From Promethearchaeota archaeon (GTDB lineage: Archaea > Asgardarchaeota > Thorarchaeia > Thorarchaeales > Thorarchaeaceae): 11,081 nucleotides of DNA. The stretch is taken from the NCBI GenBank assembly GCA_027031765.1, contig JALVPN010000003.1:1-11081 (forward strand), written 5' to 3'. The notes below the pieces were generated by a model. It made no database searches. It worked only from the letters and a program-made list of their open reading frames with translations, and was not told the DNA's origin. Position 1 is the first letter of the stretch. Every line of letters starts with the position of its first letter. A program made the position numbers and the translations under genes. This document shows, one piece after another, positions 1-6,779 of this stretch.

Positions 1-1083
1 GATTATGCGGTCCCGTTCGTCAGCAGTGATTGGCTTCGAACAGGTAGGGCAGCGCAGGCCCTCAGTACTGTCGCCATCCCCGGCCTCCCGGAGGCGGGAA
101 ATCTTCTCCCGCAGGTCACGCTCGACACCCTGGAACGCACCGATCTGGCGGTTCGTTTCTGATGTCTTCGACTGCAGGTCATCTAGGGCGGCCTCCTGCT
201 CGGCCAGCTCCCGCTCAAGTATTTCCCGTCGGAGCCTGACTGCCTTCTCGTCGAACGACACGAGACCGACCGCCTCTATGTCCCTGTCGCGGAGGCTGAC
301 AGCATCGTTGTAGCGAGCGGTCGCCTGCTGCAGCTGAGTGGCCAGTTGCTGCACCGTGTCCAAGACGTCAGGAGGGGGCAGGACGGCGAGGAACTCCTTG
401 AACTCACGCATCTCGGCACGCCTCTGCTCAAGGTCGTCCTCCAACGACCGCAGACGACGACGTGTGTCCTCGACCTGTTTCTCGATGACCTCGGGACGGG
501 TGAAGTCGGCCTCAAGCGCTACGAGGCGGCCCTTGAGCTCTGCCTCAAGGTCGTTGAGCTGGTCACGCATACGTTCCAACAGCTCAATATTGTATACCTT
601 TACCAGCAGGTCTCGGAGGACGGAGGGCGTTGCACTTGCAATGAGGGCGACCTCACCCTGTCGGACGAGCAGGGTGTTGAGGGCCTGTTTCAGCTCGAGG
701 TTGAGGACTTCGGTGAGCTTGGACGCCACGGACTGGCTCTTGTCCGCGACCCGCTTCCAGGCGCCCTTGACCTGTGCGTAGAGCGAGACCTGCATCCTTG
801 ATGCCTGGTCGTATGAGCGGTCAATCTTGTAGCGCACACCGGCGACCTCGAAGACCAGTACGACACGACAGTAGGTGGACGAGAAGTTCACCAAGTCTTC
901 GTTCTTCAGCTCAACAGCTGACGCCCCCCACAGCGCCCACAGTATCGCCTCGAACAGTGACGACTTGCCGGTGGAGTTAGGGCCACGTACAAGTATGAGG
1001 CCGTCTGGGAGCTCCCCTTCCTCGGGAACCCTTACGCGCAGGAACGGCTTGAAGTTCTCAATCTTGAGGCTCACTATCTTCAT
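1..1083 (-). CDS. rad50: Rad50 DNA double-strand break repair ATPase, N-terminal 361 aa (runs off the left edge)
   Basis: Not in the ORF track; translated by hand from ATG at 1083 with no stop down to base 1: MKIVSLKIENFKPF...LILVRGPNSTGKSSLFEAILWALWG (Walker A), ...LNTLLVRQGEVALI (Q-loop), a long heptad-rich coiled-coil segment, then LRCPTCSKPI (zinc hook, 40-51). Overlaps the mre11 3' end by 26 nt. Confidence 0.97.
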   Translation of the reverse strand, partial: MKIVSLKIENFKPFLRVRVPEEGELPDGLILVRGPNSTGKSSLFEAILWALWGASAVELKNEDLVNFSSTYCRVVLVFEVAGVRYKIDRSYDQASRMQVSLYAQVKGAWKRVADKSQSVASKLTEVLNLELKQALNTLLVRQGEVALIASATPSVLRDLLVKVYNIELLERMRDQLNDLEAELKGRLVALEADFTRPEVIEKQVEDTRRRLRSLEDDLEQRRAEMREFKEFLAVLPPPDVLDTVQQLATQLQQATARYNDAVSLRDRDIEAVGLVSFDEKAVRLRREILERELAEQEAALDDLQSKTSETNRQIGAFQGVERDLREKISRLREAGDGDSTEGLRCPTCSKPITADERDRII

Positions 1084-2392
1084 CCATGAAGTCCCCCACG
1101 AACTCTTCGGGCACCATCTTCCCTGTGTCGGCGCCAACTGCAAGGCGGAGTGCCCTGACGGCAATCTTGGTGAGCACATCGGGACTGTACTTCTCCCCGA
1201 TGTCGAGAGTAGACAGGTACTCCCTGAAGTCGTCCTCCGGGCTCTCGATCAGGTACTCAGACTCTATCTCGGGGTATGCTAGTGGGGTCTCTGCAGACAT
1301 GTCCGACCGCAGGTCCCAGACGAACTGCGCGATGTTGTACGTCGAGTCCCGTGCGAGGACTGATGAACGGAGGGCCTCAAGGGCAATCCGGGTCTCCAGT
1401 GTGCCCCCCGTCTTTGGAGAGCCCTCGAGCACAATGCGCACACGGGCTGCGGTCTCAGGGTCGAACTCCCCGACAAAGCCCTGTCCCTTGAGCCAGTCCT
1501 CGACCTGCGCCACGACCGACTGGGGCGTTGCCGCACCGTCCATGCTGAGCTTCTTGTTCAGTACAGGACGTCTGAACTCGATGATGTGTGGCTCCACATG
1601 TGGTGCACTGCCCGGTGAGACCTCGACCACGAGGAAGCCCTTCTCATGTCCTGCCTCATCGAAGCGCCACCTCTCTGGGGAGCCCGCATACCATGCCTTC
1701 GCCGAGTGCTTGTGCTGGCGGTGGTCGTGGCCAAGGGCGATGTAGTCGTACCGGTGGCTGAGAATAGAGGAGTAGAGCGTGCCATCGAGCGACATGCCGT
1801 GTGCAACTGCGATGGACGGCCTGTCTGCGCTTGTGGGGGCCTGGTGTTCAAGGACCCACCCCTCGAACTCCGGCATGAGGTCAGCAGACCGCAGCGGTCC
1901 CGGCTGCATGAACGGAAAGCAGAACACATCCAGCTCGTCCAGTCCAAACATGAGGGGCTCTCCGGACGCGAACGCCCGTTTCAGGTCCTGCTGGGTCGCA
2001 ACATACAGCCCCGGCACAGCCAGTCGCAGGGTGTCCAAAAGGGAGACCTCAAGGGTACGGAACAGGCCGTGGTTGCCCTCGATTATGACCACCGGTATGC
2101 CGGTCTGCTCTATGAAGTCCTTGAGCACGCGGATAGCGGTCTCCTGTGCCACTACGGGGGGCTGTGACGGGTTGCCCTCCCAGGGTGAGTCGTACAGGTC
2201 GCCAGAGTGGACAACGACATCAACGGGCGGGTCGAGAGCAGCGATGGCACTGAATATCTCCTCGAAGCGGTCGTAGAAGTCGTTCTCAAGGAGGCGGGAG
2301 CGCATCTCGACAGCCCAGATGTTCTGTCGGATACCCTCCTGTGGCCTGGCCCCCAAATGAGTGTCGGACAGGTGGGCAATCCGGACGACCAT
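1058..2392 (-). CDS. mre11: Mre11 (SbcD-family) nuclease, calcineurin-like phosphoesterase fold
   Basis: Phosphoesterase motifs IAHLSDTHLG, VVHSGDLYD, IEGNHG, VAHG, YIALGHDH and YAGSPERWRFDE, then a capping domain and a helical C-terminus. Lies between herA and rad50. ATG 2392 is preferred over GTG 2398 because GAGG (2400-2403) lies 7 nt upstream. Confidence 0.95.
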   Translation of the reverse strand: MVVRIAHLSDTHLGARPQEGIRQNIWAVEMRSRLLENDFYDRFEEIFSAIAALDPPVDVVVHSGDLYDSPWEGNPSQPPVVAQETAIRVLKDFIEQTGIPVVIIEGNHGLFRTLEVSLLDTLRLAVPGLYVATQQDLKRAFASGEPLMFGLDELDVFCFPFMQPGPLRSADLMPEFEGWVLEHQAPTSADRPSIAVAHGMSLDGTLYSSILSHRYDYIALGHDHRQHKHSAKAWYAGSPERWRFDEAGHEKGFLVVEVSPGSAPHVEPHIIEFRRPVLNKKLSMDGAATPQSVVAQVEDWLKGQGFVGEFDPETAARVRIVLEGSPKTGGTLETRIALEALRSSVLARDSTYNIAQFVWDLRSDMSAETPLAYPEIESEYLIESPEDDFREYLSTLDIGEKYSPDVLTKIAVRALRLAVGADTGKMVPEEFVGDFMDEDSEPQD

Positions 2393-2401
2393 GGTCACCC
2401 C

Positions 2402-4168
2402 TCACATGATGTGCTCTTCTTTCTTCTCTCTTTTGGTACCATACTGTGCCTGTGTCCTCTCGAACAGCTCGTCGAACTTGGGGACGTGGACCGGGACTGG
2501 CATGTCACGGTATGAGGCTGTCAGGATGGCGTCGCCACGCCCCATGACCCGGAACTCGTCCTCGAAACCGGCAATGTTGACGCTGGCATTGTCTATGCAG
2601 GCTGATATCTCGCGTTCATTGCCGAGGCGGAGGTTGATCTCCGTGTTCGTCTGACTGAGGATGACATTGTCAAGCACACTCACCTGTTGACTGACCACCA
2701 AGAGGCCGATGTTGAACTTGCGGCCCTGCCGGGCGATGTCCTTGAATACCGAGCCCCCGCGCATCAGGTCTGGGTTGAGCAGCGAGGGTGCCTCCTCCAC
2801 CGTAACAAGCACCACAGGTAGCTCGCTGGTGTCCTTCACTGGAGCACTGTCACCTGCTGCACCACGCCCACGGTAGAACCCTTTTGCCTTGTCCAGCACC
2901 CCTCGGAGGAAGGTGGCTGGCAGGCGGCTCTTTGCCTGGCTCTCGAAGTCAGCAATCGTCCCGCTGCTCTTCACTGCACGGCGCATGTCGAATATTGTAC
3001 GCGCCACCACAGTGGTGAGCAGGAACTGGCTGGTCTCGGACATTAGGCTGGTGTTCACTATCAGCACGCGACCAGACTCCATCGCCTCGTAGATCTCACC
3101 GAGCACGGACTTGCCCGACTCGACGAAGATGGGCGACCTCTCAATGAAGCCCAGACGTCGGCGCACCGCGTGAAAGGTCACGGCCTGCACACCACTCGGG
3201 CTCTCCTCCATCTCAAGTATTGATGCAATCCAGTTCTCCCCCTTGATTGCATACTGTCGGTCAATGAAGAGCTGCATCTGTGGTCGGAACTCCATGATTG
3301 AGTACAGGTCACGGGGCTGGATTTCCTTCCAGAGTATGCGGATATCGCGTGCATAGCGCTGGATCTCACGTGGAGTACCGCGTGCACTGGTCGTGAGGTA
3401 GTAGTAGTCACCAATGACATGTCTGCGCGTATCACTGTCCAGCGCTGCTACAATGTCATTGACACCATACTTGTCTACACCCCGTGCGAACTCGTCGTGG
3501 GGGTCTATACAGAAGGCCGAGATTGACGGCCCAGCGGCCTTGCCGTCCAGTACCTTGATGTTGTGGTCGATGATAGACTTGATGAGCACCATCATCAGGT
3601 TGCTCTTTCCAGAGCCGGTAGCACCAAAGATTGCCACATGCATCGGCAGGTACTCTGCGGGGAGGGTCACGGGGATGTCGAGTTCACGTTCTCCGGCCTG
3701 GAGATTACCAATGTAGATGTCACCTCTGAGCTGACTGGCGAGCATGTCCGGGAGAGATGAAGGTGTGACCGTCCGTGTTGGACGGTATACCTCAGCCAGC
3801 AGAGCAGGCAGTCGCCGGGGTGGCCGGAACACCCATTTTGTCTTGCCATGTCCGTCAGTGACCTGTTCGGCATAGCCCAACAGGCGGCCCTTGAGGAGCA
3901 CTAGCAGGTTGCGGTCGATGCCAGAGATGTAGGCTTCCCCCTCCACAAGGAATGTCCCGGCCATGGCGTGCGTGTCCTTCACAAGACGCATGTAGTTCTC
4001 CAGCTCAAGCACTCTGAAGAGGAATATACGCTCGCCCCCGTCACGCTTCGAACGGATAAGCAGCATCTCTCCAACGCAGATGTCCTTGTTGGCACCAATG
4101 ACCAGGAGCCCGACCTGGTTGCCCCCACCGACAATTCCCAACCTCTCACCCAGTTCCGTCGTACTCAT
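2402..4168 (-). CDS. herA: HerA bipolar helicase/translocase (FtsK-HerA superfamily)
   Basis: N-terminal HAS-barrel-like region, Walker A HVAIFGATGSGKSN (3602-3625), Walker B VLVTVEEAP (2786-2800), IARQGRKFNIGLLVVSQ arginine-finger/sensor region, and C-terminal GRGDAIL. Operon context with nurA, mre11 and rad50. Confidence 0.95.
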   Translation of the reverse strand: MSTTELGERLGIVGGGNQVGLLVIGANKDICVGEMLLIRSKRDGGERIFLFRVLELENYMRLVKDTHAMAGTFLVEGEAYISGIDRNLLVLLKGRLLGYAEQVTDGHGKTKWVFRPPRRLPALLAEVYRPTRTVTPSSLPDMLASQLRGDIYIGNLQAGERELDIPVTLPAEYLPMHVAIFGATGSGKSNLMMVLIKSIIDHNIKVLDGKAAGPSISAFCIDPHDEFARGVDKYGVNDIVAALDSDTRRHVIGDYYYLTTSARGTPREIQRYARDIRILWKEIQPRDLYSIMEFRPQMQLFIDRQYAIKGENWIASILEMEESPSGVQAVTFHAVRRRLGFIERSPIFVESGKSVLGEIYEAMESGRVLIVNTSLMSETSQFLLTTVVARTIFDMRRAVKSSGTIADFESQAKSRLPATFLRGVLDKAKGFYRGRGAAGDSAPVKDTSELPVVLVTVEEAPSLLNPDLMRGGSVFKDIARQGRKFNIGLLVVSQQVSVLDNVILSQTNTEINLRLGNEREISACIDNASVNIAGFEDEFRVMGRGDAILTASYRDMPVPVHVPKFDELFERTQAQYGTKREKKEEHIM

Positions 4169-4173
4169 AACAA

Positions 4174-4179
4174 CACCTC
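4174..4179 (-). promoter_or_regulatory. Shine-Dalgarno GAGGTG for herA, overlapping the nurA stop codon (translational coupling)
   Basis: Minus strand reads ...ctgTGAGGTGttgttATG: the nurA TGA is fused to GAGGTG, 5 nt before the herA ATG. Confidence 0.7.
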
Positions 4180-5500
4180 ACAGACCATAGTCCTCCCGCA
4201 GTGGCCGTACCGGCCGGTCGTCAAGGCCTGCCCCGTGACGCACCTCACGGCACATCTGTCTGAGCACCTCAACGTCCTCATGCTTGAGTTCGCACACGAC
4301 GTGGGCAAGCGCGAGCGGCACGGGATAGCCGTACCAGCGGGCGTCCCGTGACATCAGTTCGAGGTCGCGGAACAGCTTGCGCTCACGTGCGTGGGTCTCC
4401 TCATTGTCATCCTCCACGAACACTTCCTTGCGCCACCACACCCAGTCAAAGTCGACCCTTGAGGGACGGTTGTCCTCGCTGAAGGAGAACAGGTAGGGTA
4501 TTGCAAGGTGTGGGGGGATGTACGGCCGGTTCTTGAGGATATTGAGGCCACCGGACGGGTGGTCCCTGCCCGGGAGGAGGCAGAACCACTTGCACGCGCC
4601 GGTGCCGGACGCATGGCCCTGACAGCCAGACCCATCACTCCACTTCTCAATGGCCATCCTCGCAATGCGGTGTGCAAAGGGGACACTGTGACCCTTGCTG
4701 ACGGCACAGAGGACAGTCCCCTTCTCTCTTGCAAGCGCACAGAGGTGGCGCAACATGAAACCGCTCGGCATCACGGGGATGCGCTCCTGGCTGATGAACA
4801 CAGAGAGGGCCCCATCCAGCAGGAGGTACTTTGGCTGCAGGTCGCTCTCCAGCACCCTGCGGGCCGCAGCGTACTCCATCGCTTTGCGGACCTCCTCATG
4901 AACCACTGCAGAGGAGAGTATCTGCTCACGGCCTATCAAGTCCTCCATCTCAATCAGTCTGTCTTTGAAACGGTCAAACTGGTTGGAGGCGTTATGACGG
5001 AGCCGTCTCTGCAGCTCAAAGTCGTCATCGAAGAACGGACGGATCAGCTCCTCGATTTCGACCTCGTACACTGTTTCGAGGATCTCGGCCAGCTTCTTCT
5101 TCGCGTCCCCGCGCACTGTGGAGTTCCAGTGGACATCAAAGTGTGGCTGTGGGCCAAGGGTCTGGGCCAGTTCGTCTGGGCTCACAGGTGTGAACGGTGT
5201 GTCCGACCGTATGTTGGACCTCAGGACAGATGTCGCTGTCGTAAAGAAGTGCACGCGGACATCGTTGAGCATTGCAAGGCTGTCTGTACCCGAGCCGTCC
5301 ACAGCAGCCACTTCGAAGTCCTCGAAGTCGTCAGGCGGGTCATTGAGCGGTATGGGGTCGAGGAGCACTATGAGGTCATCGCGCAGGCGCGACTCATCGG
5401 CGTCCAGCAGGTGTTCCTCAAGGAGCTCCGCATTGTTGATGTCCTCGAACACGGCCGTCAGGGCCTTGCGCAGGCGGTCCGAGTGGACTCTTGCGAACAT
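4178..5500 (-). CDS. nurA: NurA 5'-3' nuclease (RNase H-like fold)
   Basis: Motifs VAAVDGS (5291-5302), YLLLDGAL (4808-4819), AVSK, and C-terminal GYPVPLALAH; adjacent to herA. The track's GTG at 5512 is part of a GAGGTG SD (5510-5515) lying 9 nt before ATG 5500, so 5500 is the preferred start. Confidence 0.92.
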   Translation of the reverse strand: MFARVHSDRLRKALTAVFEDINNAELLEEHLLDADESRLRDDLIVLLDPIPLNDPPDDFEDFEVAAVDGSGTDSLAMLNDVRVHFFTTATSVLRSNIRSDTPFTPVSPDELAQTLGPQPHFDVHWNSTVRGDAKKKLAEILETVYEVEIEELIRPFFDDDFELQRRLRHNASNQFDRFKDRLIEMEDLIGREQILSSAVVHEEVRKAMEYAAARRVLESDLQPKYLLLDGALSVFISQERIPVMPSGFMLRHLCALAREKGTVLCAVSKGHSVPFAHRIARMAIEKWSDGSGCQGHASGTGACKWFCLLPGRDHPSGGLNILKNRPYIPPHLAIPYLFSFSEDNRPSRVDFDWVWWRKEVFVEDDNEETHARERKLFRDLELMSRDARWYGYPVPLALAHVVCELKHEDVEVLRQMCREVRHGAGLDDRPVRPLREDYGL

Positions 5501-5509
5501 GGGCTCAGA

Positions 5510-5515
5510 CACCTC
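5510..5515 (-). promoter_or_regulatory. Shine-Dalgarno GAGGTG for nurA
   Basis: Minus strand cccGAGGTGtctgagcccATG; matches the archaeal anti-SD consensus with a 9-nt spacer. Confidence 0.7.
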
Positions 5516-5926
5516 GGGTCTTACTCTTCCGTGGCAGTGGGCCGGGTCTGGGCAGGGCCAGTCCAGTCCTGTTTGCCCGGCATTGCGGTACCGTCAGCAG
5601 TACAGCACACCATGCCCTCCACCAGAGCTGATAAGAACATACTACTCGGTACTGACGAGTGGGAACAATGACTCACCCGGCCCACACTGGTCGGTCAACC
5701 TCCGACGACAGACTGCAACTGTTAACGGGCACGCATGACGGCTGAGAGGCGCGTGGTACCAGCACTACAGACCGGACAGCTGGCAGGGCGGACAACTGGG
5801 GCCGGGCGTCGTTGGTGTTGTGCACCGTCACTGGCGCCATGAGGACGACACCGACCAGTGTGGCCAGCACTCCCCCAGGAGGGCCTGTAGAGGCGCAGTC
5901 ATCCGCCAATGACCACACAGAGGCAA

Positions 5927-5945
5927 TTTGTTTTTAAGAAACAAA
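5927..5945. promoter_or_regulatory. AT-rich 7-5-7 inverted repeat containing a TATA-like box (putative promoter plus operator)
   Basis: TTTGTTT-TTAAG-AAACAAA has perfect 7-bp arms and contains TTTTTAAG (5931-5938). It is a conspicuously AT-rich tract in the divergent intergenic region, about 60-80 nt upstream of the plus-strand gene start. Confidence 0.55.
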
Positions 5946-6015
5946 GGCAGTCAGAATCCTAACCGCAGTGTTCTGGCCTCGGTGCGGCCCAAACAGGATG
6001 TTGGGAAGTGTTTGC

Positions 6016-6711
6016 TTGCTGAGAATACGCTACTTTGGCCACTCCACGTTCGCACTTGAGTCCGCAGAGACCTCACTGCTACTGAACCCTGGTATCTGGG
6101 ACGGGGAACCGGTAGTGCCTGATGACTTTGATGTCAGGGTCATCGCACTCACCCACCATATGGACGACGCCGTAGGCAATGCCACCGCCATTGCTGAGAA
6201 CTCCAAGGCGTGGATACTCGGCAATGAGAGGACGATAGAGAGGGTACGCGAACAGGGGGGCAGACCATGGCTCCTCCATGTGCTCAGACCAGAGGAGCCC
6301 TACACGATTCCGGGCCTGAGCATAACGCCGTACTCGCTGCAGAGGGCAGACCCGGACACCGGCGAGCGTTTTGAGAACCTCGGCCTGTACATAGAGATGG
6401 GCTCAATGCGAGTGGGGTATCTCGGCGACACAGTTGTGAGGGGGCCATTCGGGCAGCTCGAGATGGACATCCTCATCACACCAGTGGGGGGTGGCGATGT
6501 GTTCCCGATCAAGGATGCAGTGAGCCTCTGCATTGATGCAGCCCCGCGGCTCGGTATCCCGGCACGTGCATCGTCGCCTGACCAGGTGTCCAAGTTCGCC
6601 AAGTACGTGGACCAGTTCAGTAGTTCCACGGTGCCAATGGTCATGGAGCCCGGACAGGTCCTCGAGGTCATGTGGGCTGCCGGTAACGAGTTCAGATACA
6701 CACTGTCCTGA
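6016..6711 (+). CDS. Metallo-beta-lactamase-fold protein (UPF0173/UlaG-like) with a degenerate metal-binding site; probable pseudoenzyme
   Basis: RIRYFGHSTFALE...LLLNPG...IALTHHMDDAVGNA...RVGYLGDT...DILITPVGG...DAVSLCIDAAPRLGIP follows the UPF0173 motif layout. TTG 6016 (preceded by GGGAAGTG at 5 nt) matches the usual family start. ATG 5998 is an alternative. Confidence 0.85.
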   Translation: MLRIRYFGHSTFALESAETSLLLNPGIWDGEPVVPDDFDVRVIALTHHMDDAVGNATAIAENSKAWILGNERTIERVREQGGRPWLLHVLRPEEPYTIPGLSITPYSLQRADPDTGERFENLGLYIEMGSMRVGYLGDTVVRGPFGQLEMDILITPVGGGDVFPIKDAVSLCIDAAPRLGIPARASSPDQVSKFAKYVDQFSSSTVPMVMEPGQVLEVMWAAGNEFRYTLS

Positions 6712-6779
6712 CATCCGTGTGCGTCGCACCGAAGAGGCTGGGACGGGCCATCCCGGAAAGGTATACGCAAGGTCGAGTG

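Noticed and set aside
5-1745. Several plus-strand ORFs (5-313, 338-781, 346-801, 875-1282, 1086-1745)
   Set aside because: Antisense to rad50/mre11, with Ser/Arg-rich off-frame composition and no motifs.
1-5500. HerA-NurA as an anti-phage defence system
   Set aside because: The pair is coupled to mre11-rad50 and sits near tRNA-modification housekeeping genes, with no mobile or defence-island markers. DNA end resection is the simpler explanation.
4508-5671. 387-aa plus-strand ORF antisense to nurA
   Set aside because: A shadow ORF of a GC-rich, codon-biased gene. It has no recognisable motif and lies almost wholly over nurA, which has a full catalytic signature.
5673-5918. 81-aa minus-strand ORF with a hydrophobic stretch in the intergenic gap
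   Set aside because: No clear SD, low-complexity Pro/Ser/Val composition, and only a marginal TM segment. It cannot be supported without homologues.
5513-5997. tRNA, SRP RNA, RNase P RNA or CRISPR array in the long intergenic gap
   Set aside because: No cloverleaf or T-loop, no SRP or RNase P consensus strings, and no regularly spaced repeats.
5968-6015. Extended N-terminus of the MBL-fold ORF
   Set aside because: It lies at or near the expected transcription start, and the family begins at the M-x-I-x-(Y/W)-x-GHS strand.
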